64,000 bases of DNA, taken from assembly GCA_001443395.1 (NCBI GenBank), contig LDXK01000001.1:32001-96000 (forward strand). The letters run 5' to 3'. A model generated the notes under the pieces. That model had not been told where the DNA came from. It worked only from the letters and a program-made list of their open reading frames with translations, and did no database searches. Below, one piece after another: positions 10,257 through 18,426 of this stretch. Position numbers and translations under genes: made by a program. Numbering within the stretch: the first letter of the stretch is position 1; every line of letters begins with the position of its first letter. The stretch is from a candidate division WWE3 bacterium CSP1-7 (GTDB taxonomy: Bacteria > Patescibacteriota > WWE3 > 9FT-COMBO-53-11).

Positions 10257-10931
10257 TCAGCGACAGATAAAGAGAAAATTCCCTCCCATCCCTCCCAAAA
10301 AACCGGGGAGAGGAATTTTCACCACCTCAACCTTAGCAAATACCCGCCCCAGCAACGCGCCAAACTGGGAGTGTGAAAATCCGCCGGCCCGATTGATTAC
10401 TATCAAACCATTCGGGTTTGCAATTCGCCTTAGGTGGCGCAAAAACTGTTCTTCATTGAAATGCAAAGGAAAATTTCCCCCCAGATAGGCGTCCACAAAA
10501 ACCAGATCAAACGGCTCCCCTTGGTGAGAAGAGACGTACTCTCCCCCATCGCCGGTGATGATCTCAAGATTTGGAATCTTGTCCAAGTCGAAAAACTGCC
10601 GGGCAATCTTGAGGATCTCTTCATCGATCTCCACTCCCACCATTTTCAATCCGGGGAATTTTCGCGAGAGAAGATGGAGAATTGTGCCCCCGCCGACCCC
10701 GATCACCACCGCCCGGCCGGGATTGGCAAGACGGGAAGAAACTTCTTCCACTGCCTTGTACCAGTAGCGCTGGGGCAGATCCGGGGTGTTGATCGAAACG
10801 GACTGGGGATAACCCCCAACTTCCAAAACCAAACCGCCATTTTTTTCCCAAACGTTAATTTTCCCGCTGAGGGGAGAGGAAGTCGAGTGGACGACCTTGG
10901 GGTTAGCGCCGAATAATGTTCTTACCGACAT
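10257..10931 (-). CDS. Spermidine-synthase-like SAM-dependent methyltransferase
   Basis: VIGVGGG, GVEID, GDG, FDLVFVDAY; start uncertain, overlaps serS end. Confidence 0.8.
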   Translation of the reverse strand: MSVRTLFGANPKVVHSTSSPLSGKINVWEKNGGLVLEVGGYPQSVSINTPDLPQRYWYKAVEEVSSRLANPGRAVVIGVGGGTILHLLSRKFPGLKMVGVEIDEEILKIARQFFDLDKIPNLEIITGDGGEYVSSHQGEPFDLVFVDAYLGGNFPLHFNEEQFLRHLRRIANPNGLIVINRAGGFSHSQFGALLGRVFAKVEVVKIPLPGFLGGMGGNFLFICR

Positions 10932-12141
10932 AGGGAACAAGAACCTTAGGGACTTCGATCGAACCGTCTTCCTGTTGGTAGTTTTCCAGGATGGAGACCA
11001 GAGCTCGCGAAGTCGCAACCGCCGTCCCATTTAAGGTGTGAACAAATTCCGTGGTTCCATCACCTTTGCGGTATTTGATGTTAAGTCGCCTTGCTTGGTA
11101 GTCGGTGGTGTTGGAGGTGGAGGTCACCTCTCCCCATTCTCCTCGACCCGGCATCCAGGATTCCAAATCAAATTTGCGATAAGCCGCCGCTCCTAAGTCG
11201 CTGGCCCGAATATCCACCACCCGGTAGGGTAGCTTCAGACCGCGAAAGATTTTTTCTTCCAATCCCAAAAGATACTCGTGCAGGCGCTCCGAATCCTGGG
11301 GGCGGCAGAAGATAAACATCTCCACCTTCGAAAATTGATGCACTCGGTACAAACCCTTGGAGAATTGGCCGTAACTGCCCGATTCCCGGCGGAAGCAGTG
11401 CGAAAATCCGGCGTATTTCAAAGGAAGGCTCTTCTCCTCCAGGATCTGGCCGGCTTGGTATCCCCCCAGTGTGATCTCGGCAGTGCCGATCAAGCCCAGA
11501 TCTTCTCCTTCGACGTTGTAGATATTGGACTCGGGGCCGCGGGGAACGAAGCCAACCCCGTCGATAATCTCCTCCCGCGCCAGGTCGGGAGTAACAAACG
11601 GCGTGAAATCCTCTTTCAGAAGAAGGTCAAAAGCATATTTGATCAGGGCAAATTCGAGAAGTACCGCCTCGTTCTTGAGGTAGTAGAATTTGGAACCGGC
11701 GACCCGCGCCCCGGCATCAAAATCCACCAGGTCCAACTTTTTGGCCAACTGTTCGTGGTCGAGCGGCTTGAATTTCAGTTTCGCCGGCCGATCGGCGCGG
11801 AGGATTTTGTTGTCCTCCTCCTTAAAACCGCGCGGGGTCTTAGGGTGGATCAGGTTGGGAATCTGTCTGAGAATTTTTTCGAGCTGTTCCTCCAGGTTTT
11901 TTAGCTGGGGCTCGAGATTTTTTAGCTCGGCTTTGATATCGGTCGCCCGTTTGATCACCTCGGCAGACGGCTTCCGGCTGAGCTGGTTTCTCTCGGCGCG
12001 CAGCTCCTCAACCCGGGAGCGGATTTCCGACCGAGCCTTGGCCAGGGCGGGAACGTTAACGACGTCAACCTTCATCCCCCGCTCTTTGATCGTCTTTTTT
12101 ATTTCTTCGAGATTTTCCAAGACAAATTTGGGATCAAGCAT
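10903..12141 (-). CDS. serS: Serine--tRNA ligase
   Basis: GTAE, FRRE, GLYRVHQF, EVTSTSN, HTLNGT. Confidence 0.97.
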   Translation of the reverse strand: MLDPKFVLENLEEIKKTIKERGMKVDVVNVPALAKARSEIRSRVEELRAERNQLSRKPSAEVIKRATDIKAELKNLEPQLKNLEEQLEKILRQIPNLIHPKTPRGFKEEDNKILRADRPAKLKFKPLDHEQLAKKLDLVDFDAGARVAGSKFYYLKNEAVLLEFALIKYAFDLLLKEDFTPFVTPDLAREEIIDGVGFVPRGPESNIYNVEGEDLGLIGTAEITLGGYQAGQILEEKSLPLKYAGFSHCFRRESGSYGQFSKGLYRVHQFSKVEMFIFCRPQDSERLHEYLLGLEEKIFRGLKLPYRVVDIRASDLGAAAYRKFDLESWMPGRGEWGEVTSTSNTTDYQARRLNIKYRKGDGTTEFVHTLNGTAVATSRALVSILENYQQEDGSIEVPKVLVPYVGKNIIRR

Positions 12142-13598
12142 TATTTCTCCGGACGCAGGGTCGGAAACAGGATCGTGTCTTTGAGAGAAGGCTGATTCGT
12201 TAAAACGGCAGTCAGACGGTCAATTCCCAAGCCCCATCCCGCGGTCGGGGGCATTCCGTACTCCAAGGCCCGGATGTAATCTTCGTCCAGGGCTTCGTGC
12301 TCCGCCTTGCCCTTATCGCCCAGTTTCTCTGATTCCTGCCACCGCTCCGCTTGGTCAATTGGGTCGTTGAGCTCGTTGTAGGCGTTGATTAGCTCCTCCC
12401 CTGCCACCAAAAGTTGGAAAGAGGCGGTTTTGCGGGGGTCGGCCGGCAATCGCTTGGCTAAAGAAACAAACTCTGCTGGCCGTTCCGTCAGGAACAGCGG
12501 TCCCTCCAACCCGGGCCGGGTGGTTTGCTTATAGAGGGCGTCCAAAACCGCCCCGTACCCTACCGGCCGCCGCTCTTCCAGGACAATCCCGTGCTCTTTA
12601 ATCGAGCGCTGGAGCTTTTCCTCAGAATCCGCTCGATCGATGTCGATGCCGGTCGCCTTGAGAATTGCCTGCCGATAGGTAATTCGTTTCCAAGGGGGTT
12701 TGAAATTCAGCTTTCGGCCCTGATACTCAAGCACGAGCGAGCCACCAATCTCCTTCAACAGCGAGGCGAACATCTCCTCGGTGAATTCCATCAGCTTCTT
12801 GTAATCCGCATAGGCCCAGTAGAATTCCAGCATGGTGAACTCCGGATTGTGGGAGCGGTCGATTCCTTCGTTCCGAAAATCGTGGCCGATCTCGTAAACC
12901 TTCTCCATCCCTCCCACGATCAACCGCTTGAGGTAGAGCTCGTCGGAGATGCGAAGGTAAAAATCTTTGTTGAGCGCCTCGTGATGGGTCACAAAGGGCC
13001 GGGCGCTCGCCCCGCCGTAGACGGGCTGCAGAACGGGGGTCTCCACCTCCGTAAATTCGTTCCGATCCATGAAAGCCCGCAGCGTCGATACAATCTTGGT
13101 GCGGGTATCAAAAACAGCCCGAACCTCCGGGTTCACCAGAAGGTCGATATAACGCTGGCGGTAGCGCTCTTCGATGTCGGTCAAACCGGATTTCGCCGGA
13201 AGCGAGCGGAGAGATTTTGTTAAAAGAACCAGATCCCCCGCCTCCACCGTCAGTTCCCCGGATTCGGTCTTGAAAGTCTTGCCGATCACTCCAATGAAAT
13301 CTCCGATATCCAAAAGGGCAATGATCTTCAGATTGGCAACGGACAATTTATCCGATCGGAAAAGAATTTGGATTTTTGCGCCCTGGTCCACTAAGTCGGC
13401 GAAGACAATTTTCCCGTGCTCGCGCCAAGCCATAATTCTTCCGGCGGTGACAACCTTTGTCCCCAGTTTTGCCTTTCGCACTTGAGAAATGGGGTGTTGG
13501 CGGTCAAAGAAAGAGAGATAGGGGTCTAAACCCAGAGCGCGGATTTTTTTGAGCTTTTTTAATCTTTCCTTGCGCAACTCTTCCAGCGGCCGCGGCAT
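12141..13598 (-). CDS. lysS: Lysine--tRNA ligase (class II)
   Basis: RYRQRY, GGASARPF, FRNEG, HNPEFT, YGMPPTAGWGLGIDR. Confidence 0.97.
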   Translation of the reverse strand: MPRPLEELRKERLKKLKKIRALGLDPYLSFFDRQHPISQVRKAKLGTKVVTAGRIMAWREHGKIVFADLVDQGAKIQILFRSDKLSVANLKIIALLDIGDFIGVIGKTFKTESGELTVEAGDLVLLTKSLRSLPAKSGLTDIEERYRQRYIDLLVNPEVRAVFDTRTKIVSTLRAFMDRNEFTEVETPVLQPVYGGASARPFVTHHEALNKDFYLRISDELYLKRLIVGGMEKVYEIGHDFRNEGIDRSHNPEFTMLEFYWAYADYKKLMEFTEEMFASLLKEIGGSLVLEYQGRKLNFKPPWKRITYRQAILKATGIDIDRADSEEKLQRSIKEHGIVLEERRPVGYGAVLDALYKQTTRPGLEGPLFLTERPAEFVSLAKRLPADPRKTASFQLLVAGEELINAYNELNDPIDQAERWQESEKLGDKGKAEHEALDEDYIRALEYGMPPTAGWGLGIDRLTAVLTNQPSLKDTILFPTLRPEK

Positions 13599-13632
13599 AA
13601 CAAAAGGAATTATAACGGATTACGGAAGAGAA

Positions 13633-14094
13633 TTATTTGATTCCCAAAACGTGATAGGTGAGTTTTCCGGCCGGGGCGTCGATCTCAACCTCTTCGCCCA
13701 CCTTTTTTCCTAAGAGAGCTTGGCCCAGGGGAGATTCGTGGGAAATCTTGCCGTCAACCGGGCTGGCCTCGGGTGCTCCCACGATCTGAAATTCCTGCTC
13801 TTCGCCGTCAATGTGGACCTTAACTCGGGAACCGACCTGGACTATTCCGGCCTTCTCCCCTTCCAACACCTCGACATTTTTGAGCAGTTCATCCAATTCG
13901 GAAATTCGACCTTCCACAAAGGCCTGTTCATCCCGAGCCGCGTCGTAGGCGGCGTTCTCGGTGATATCGCCCAGCTCCCGCGCCTTCTGCAGCTTTTCAG
14001 CCACTTCTTTACGGCGCAAATTGACCAGCTGGTCGTATTCCTCTTTTAAATTTTTGAGACCCTCGCGGGTCAAATAAACCTTTTCTTCTACCAT
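13633..14094 (-). CDS. greA: Transcription elongation factor GreA
   Basis: GDITENAAYDAA, ISHESPLGQAL. Confidence 0.96.
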   Translation of the reverse strand: MVEEKVYLTREGLKNLKEEYDQLVNLRRKEVAEKLQKARELGDITENAAYDAARDEQAFVEGRISELDELLKNVEVLEGEKAGIVQVGSRVKVHIDGEEQEFQIVGAPEASPVDGKISHESPLGQALLGKKVGEEVEIDAPAGKLTYHVLGIK

Positions 14095-14097
14095 CTT

Positions 14098-14128
14098 AAA
14101 AAAGAAACCCCCTTGTTTGGGGCGTTTC
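14098..14128 (-). terminator. Intrinsic terminator immediately upstream of greA start
   Basis: GAAAC-G-CCCC aaacaa GGGG-GTTTC followed by TTTTTT. Confidence 0.65.
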
Positions 14129-14142
14129 AAACTGACGCTTGA

Positions 14143-14171
14143 ACTCTAACAGACTAGAGGACCAAAGTCAA
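14143..14171 (-). promoter_or_regulatory. Sigma70-type promoter for greA
   Basis: TTGACT-17bp-TAGAGT with TG extended -10. Confidence 0.6.
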
Positions 14172-14270
14172 AGCGAAAATCCCTCCCAGAACCAAGACCA
14201 CGAGAACGAAAGAACAACTCTTCGCAAAGTCGTTGATCATATCGTTGATCGCGTCAGCAAAGTCTTTCAT
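14154..14270 (-). CDS. 38-aa small single-TM protein (below ORF-track cutoff)
   Basis: MKDFADAINDMINDFAKSCSFVLVVLVLGGIFALTLVL*; GAGG just upstream of ATG. Confidence 0.5.
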   Translation of the reverse strand: MKDFADAINDMINDFAKSCSFVLVVLVLGGIFALTLVL

Positions 14271-14344
14271 TACCTCGATGATATCAAATAGAACAAGGGT
14301 AACCAAGGTAAAAACCTTTTAAAATGGTTGAATACTACCAACTG

Positions 14345-15382
14345 TTACCAGTTCCCAAGACCTTTTCTCAAAGGACTCATATAGTCAATGACTCCGTACT
14401 CACCGCATGGGTCACTAGCTATCTCTTGGATAATGGCAAATTCGCCCCAAATCTCTTTCCCTATTTCCTTATCGTCAGCTGTATACCAAGTTCCACTATC
14501 CAACACAGCATCAGACGGGGGAGCGATTATCTTTACAAAATCGCTCACTGTACAAGTTGGGTGCGCAGCCGTTCCGGTTGTGGCAGTCCATGTTCCCGAT
14601 TGGCTCGCATTGCTCCATGTACCACCCATTGTTCCATCTGGATCGATAGTACCCAAGGCGTCTACATAGTAGCTAGAACCATCATATGCGACACGGAAGT
14701 CTATTGTATCTCCGGTGACAGTTCCATCTACAATCCACGTAATACTGTAGGGAGAACCTGACGGGTACCCCCCTGTTCCGGTAAAAGTTCCGTCGGTTGC
14801 CGTTACCGTCATGTCATGAGCATACAGGCTTCCCAGGTAGTTGAACGAAAGTACATAACTTCCTGTGATGTTCCATTCGCTTCCTGTATAGGTTCCCGTC
14901 GCATGATTTGTTAACCACGCTCCGCTTCCTTTGTATGGGGTTGAACGATCCAGCGCACCATCCTCGTTGCAATCCTTGTTGGCTAACCAGGCATCGTTCC
15001 ATTTCATCTGCAACTGGACATTCCTAAACGGCCATACCCAATGACTTGCCGCACTTGAATTTTCTGCCAAGTATGTAGCGTCGTCACCAGTGTACGGGGG
15101 AAGAGCTGACCCGGGTCGTCCCAGATATGCGTTCGCATAACTACCGTTGAATATGTGGGCTTGGTAGTTATATCCAAAAACGTCGTATCCAGTGGTGTAA
15201 TTTATTTCATCCAAGAAGTGTCCCGTTGGATAAGGTATATTGCCATCCACAACATAACGACAATTATCAATGGTTTTTGCCGCGAGAGACGGTTTGGTTC
15301 CGGTAAGAGCGAAGAGACCAAGCGTCAGGGTTAGAAGAGCACTGAACCCAACCGCTAGCGCCAAAAATTTCTTAATATTCAT
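14345..15382 (-). CDS. Secreted beta-rich hypothetical protein (AT-richer than neighbours)
   Basis: Signal peptide MNIKKFLALAVG...SLAA; strong RBS GGAGAGGGGGTGA; DCNEDGALD motif. Confidence 0.8.
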   Translation of the reverse strand: MNIKKFLALAVGFSALLTLTLGLFALTGTKPSLAAKTIDNCRYVVDGNIPYPTGHFLDEINYTTGYDVFGYNYQAHIFNGSYANAYLGRPGSALPPYTGDDATYLAENSSAASHWVWPFRNVQLQMKWNDAWLANKDCNEDGALDRSTPYKGSGAWLTNHATGTYTGSEWNITGSYVLSFNYLGSLYAHDMTVTATDGTFTGTGGYPSGSPYSITWIVDGTVTGDTIDFRVAYDGSSYYVDALGTIDPDGTMGGTWSNASQSGTWTATTGTAAHPTCTVSDFVKIIAPPSDAVLDSGTWYTADDKEIGKEIWGEFAIIQEIASDPCGEYGVIDYMSPLRKGLGNW

Positions 15383-15425
15383 TTGTTTCTCACCCCCTCT
15401 CCTTTGATAAACCAAAAACTCGAAT

Positions 15426-15448
15426 AAAAAATCCGCTCGAGAGCGGAT
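15426..15448 (-). terminator. Intrinsic terminator within leader of the secreted-protein gene
   Basis: ATCCGCTC-TC-GAGCGGAT-TTTTT. Confidence 0.65.
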
Positions 15449-15540
15449 GATAGATTCCCTATGGTGGGCGTGAAGCGATTTTCGTCTTGCTTCATCAGTT
15501 GGATAGTACAACAAATTCTCTTAAGTTATCAAAGTGTTGC

Positions 15541-15615
15541 TGGTGGCCCCAAGGGGAGTCGAACCCCTCTTTTAGCGTTGAGAACGCCATGTCCTAACCA
15601 CTAGACGATGGGGCC
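15541..15615 (-). tRNA. tRNA-Glu (CTC)
   Basis: GGCCCCA acceptor stem, TGGCG-TTCTCAA-CGCTA anticodon arm, GGTTCGACTCC, encoded CCA. Confidence 0.96.
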
Positions 15616-15624
15616 GGAACAGTC

Positions 15625-15670
15625 CAATTATAAGCAGAGCTTGTAATTGCTAGCGATTCCGATCGCTTCT
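15625..15670 (+). mobile_element. Type A mini-cassette (variant end) duplicating the tRNA-Glu -10 box
   Basis: CAATTATAAGC-aga-GCTTGTAATTG-CTA-GCGAT tccg ATCGC-TTCT|CAATTATAAC. Confidence 0.7.
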
Positions 15671-15696
15671 CAATTATAACCTACGGGAAAGATAAA

Positions 15697-15990
15697 TCAG
15701 GCCTTTTCTTCCTTGAGAAACTCACCGGCGACGAGCGTGACCAGAGCGAGAAAGGTCGAAACCCCAACAAAGGACAAGAAAACCGTAAAAATCTTTGACA
15801 GATCAGAGGAGGGCAGTAGTTCGGCGTGACCGATCGTAATCAGAGTCGTCGAGGAAAAATAAAAGGAATCCACCAGGCTCCAACCCTCCGCCAAATAGTA
15901 GAAAAGAGTCGCCGCCAAAAGAAGGAAGACAAAGAAAAGGGAAATGATCAAAAAGTCCGCTTTGAACGTCCGACGGTGCTTAATCAGCAT
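15697..15990 (-). CDS. Minimal 2-TM potassium-channel-family pore protein
   Basis: EGWSLVDSFYFSSTTLITIGHAELLP pore helix and filter region between two TM helices. Confidence 0.85.
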   Translation of the reverse strand: MLIKHRRTFKADFLIISLFFVFLLLAATLFYYLAEGWSLVDSFYFSSTTLITIGHAELLPSSDLSKIFTVFLSFVGVSTFLALVTLVAGEFLKEEKA

Positions 15991-16010
15991 AAAAGTATGC
16001 TAGCAAAATT

Positions 16011-16376
16011 TCAACCTCCCAGTGCGTCTCGAAGCGCCTTTAGAGGCAGGAGAGCGCACTCGGTCCGCGAGGTTGTCAGCGAACCGCCAAACCAAGAGAT
16101 CACATCTTTCTCACTCACTCTGGCCAACTCTTCCGTAGTCATCCCCTTGATTTTTTCCGTGAGCATGGAGGCGGCCGCCACCGAAACCGTGCAAGCATTC
16201 GCTTGGAAGGCAACCTCGGAAACCCGCGCCGGTTTGCCTCCCATCTTGATCTGCAGATCCAGCGTATCGCCGCAGAGAGGATTGGCGGCGTGAAATTCAA
16301 AGGTGGGACTAGCCACTTTTCCCTGGTTGCGGGGATGGCGGGCGTGATCCAGGATTTCTTCGCGGTAGATGTCCAT
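16011..16376 (-). CDS. sufU: SufU/IscU-like Fe-S assembly protein
   Basis: YREEILDH, NPLCGD, ACTVS, RTECA. Confidence 0.92.
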   Translation of the reverse strand: MDIYREEILDHARHPRNQGKVASPTFEFHAANPLCGDTLDLQIKMGGKPARVSEVAFQANACTVSVAAASMLTEKIKGMTTEELARVSEKDVISWFGGSLTTSRTECALLPLKALRDALGG

Positions 16377-16378
16377 CG

Positions 16379-17617
16379 TTAAACTTTCAGGATCTTTTTG
16401 GCTTTTCCGATTGCCTCCACCAGCACATCAATTTCAGAAGTGGTGTTGTAAAAAGCAAAGCTGGCCCGGGCGCTGGCGTTGATCTTCAGATGGGTGTGGA
16501 GGGGCATGGCGCAGTGGTTTCCGGAACGCACCGCCACTCCTTCCTGGTCCAGAACGGTCGCTAGGTCGTGGGGGTGGATCCCGGCCACGTTGAAAGCGAT
16601 CACTCCTCCCCGATCCTCGGAATTTTGAGGACCGTAGATCGTCAGACCAGGAACCGCCGCCAGCTTTTCGAAAGCGTACTCCAAAAATTCCTCTTCGTAG
16701 TGCCGAATGTTCTCCATTCCCACGGATGATAGATAATCGACCGCCGCTCCCAACCCGATCACCGGCGCAATGCTGGGAGTACCGGCCTCAAACGTGTAGG
16801 GAGCGTCTTTGAAGGAGGACTCGCGGAGGGAGACCTCCTTAATCATCTCCCCTCCTCCCAGGAACGGAGGCATCCGCTCCAGAATTTCCGCCCTCCCCCA
16901 CAGCCCGCCCGTACCGGTCGGCCCCATCATTTTGTGGCTCGAAAAGGCGTAGAAATCGCAGCCCAAACTTGCCACGTCCACCGGCAGATGAGCCACCGCC
17001 TGCGCTCCATCAACTAAGACGGTCGCCCCCGCTTCATGAGCAACTTTGGCGAGATTCTTAACCGGGTTGACGGTGCCCAAAACATTGGAAACGTGCACGA
17101 AAGAAACCAGCTTGGGCCGCAGCCGGCGGATCGCTCCCTCGGGGTCTTCCAGGTACCCCGCGGCGGTGACTGGAACAAACTCCAGATTGAGCTTCTTGCG
17201 CTGGGCCAGAAACTGCCAGGGGACCAGATTGCTGTGGTGCTCCATCAGCGTGAGAAGGATCGTGTCTCCCTCCTTGAGAAACTTCTCTCCCCAGGAGTAA
17301 GCCACCAAATTGATCGCCTCGGTTGTTCCGCGGGTGAAGATGATCTCGGCCGGATTTCGGGCCCCAATGAACTTGGCCAACTTGCCCCGAGAACCTTCGT
17401 AAGCCGCCGTTGCTTCTTCCGCCAACAGATGAATTCCTCGATGGACATTCGCGTTGTACCTCTCGTAGTAATCACTAATAGCGTTAATCACCGATCGGGG
17501 TTTTTGGGTGGTGGCGGCGTTATCGAAGTAGACCAGAGGCTTGCCGTGCACCTTTCGGTGCAGGATCGGAAAATCGGCGCGGATTTTCTTGAGGTCGAGC
17601 GAATTAGATTTCGACAA
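16379..17617 (-). CDS. sufS: Cysteine desulfurase SufS
   Basis: DNAATTQKP, DGAQ, SSHKM, RSGNHCA. Confidence 0.96.
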   Translation of the reverse strand: MSKSNSLDLKKIRADFPILHRKVHGKPLVYFDNAATTQKPRSVINAISDYYERYNANVHRGIHLLAEEATAAYEGSRGKLAKFIGARNPAEIIFTRGTTEAINLVAYSWGEKFLKEGDTILLTLMEHHSNLVPWQFLAQRKKLNLEFVPVTAAGYLEDPEGAIRRLRPKLVSFVHVSNVLGTVNPVKNLAKVAHEAGATVLVDGAQAVAHLPVDVASLGCDFYAFSSHKMMGPTGTGGLWGRAEILERMPPFLGGGEMIKEVSLRESSFKDAPYTFEAGTPSIAPVIGLGAAVDYLSSVGMENIRHYEEEFLEYAFEKLAAVPGLTIYGPQNSEDRGGVIAFNVAGIHPHDLATVLDQEGVAVRSGNHCAMPLHTHLKINASARASFAFYNTTSEIDVLVEAIGKAKKILKV

Positions 17618-17909
17618 GGATGTCTTCTCCTTCCACCTTCACCGGATAGGTCGTAATCGGAACTGTCGCCGGCAGAAAACGAACCGCCCCGCTCTTAACG
17701 TCGAAGCGGGAACCATGGCAGGGACACTCCACCTCTTGCCCAACCAAAGAACCTTCTCCTAAGGAACATTGGGCATGGGTACAGGTGTCATCAATCGCAA
17801 AAATTTCCGAGCCGATGTGCACCAGCGCCAATTTTTTACCGCCGGCGGAGAGAGTATGGATCTCTCCCTCGGGAATATCGGCGATTTTGGCAATTTTAAT
17901 CCAAGGCAT
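17604..17909 (-). CDS. Rieske-type ferredoxin
   Basis: CTH...CPCH Rieske ligands. Confidence 0.92.
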   Translation of the reverse strand: MPWIKIAKIADIPEGEIHTLSAGGKKLALVHIGSEIFAIDDTCTHAQCSLGEGSLVGQEVECPCHGSRFDVKSGAVRFLPATVPITTYPVKVEGEDILVEI

Positions 17910-18426
17910 AGCTGATAACTTTCTCTAGCTTCGATCCTAGCTTTTTGTCTTCCTCATCTGCAACGGCTTTCCCGAGAAATCCGGCTATCAAAAGCCGTTC
18001 GGCCTCCGCTTGGTCCAATCCCCGGCTTTTCAAGTAGAAGAGCTGTTCCTCGTCCACCCCCGAGGAGGTAGCCGCGTGAGAAGCCCGCACCTCGTCGGCT
18101 TCTATCTCGAGGTAAGGGAGAGCCTCGATCCGCGCCTCCTTCCCCAGAAGAAGCGTGCGTTCCTCCAGAAAATCGTCCGACCCCTGCGCCTTCTTTTTGA
18201 TTTTGATTAGTCCGCTGACCCGGGCGGTGGCGCGGTCCCGAAGCACTCCCCTCACCGTGACCCGGCCTCTAGTTTTGGGAGCGGTGTGGATCGCGGAAAC
18301 GTCCAGATCGATCCGGTCATCGCCTTTGCCGGCGAAAACGATGACCAATTCTTCTTCTTTCCCAACCCGGTTGAGACGCAGGACAATTTTTCGGCTTGTG
18401 TTACCAAAAATAGGAACAAGAATCAT
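17896..18426 (-). CDS. sufD: Short SufD (C-terminal core only)
   Basis: PYLEIEADEVRASHAA, EEQLFYLKSRG; ATG overlaps sufB stop. Confidence 0.85.
   Translation of the reverse strand: MILVPIFGNTSRKIVLRLNRVGKEEELVIVFAGKGDDRIDLDVSAIHTAPKTRGRVTVRGVLRDRATARVSGLIKIKKKAQGSDDFLEERTLLLGKEARIEALPYLEIEADEVRASHAATSSGVDEEQLFYLKSRGLDQAEAERLLIAGFLGKAVADEEDKKLGSKLEKVISYALD

Noticed and set aside
15478-15498. CTGATGA...GAAA hammerhead-like core on the minus strand
   Set aside because: The intervening AGCAAGAC cannot form stem II, and no stems I/III were found.
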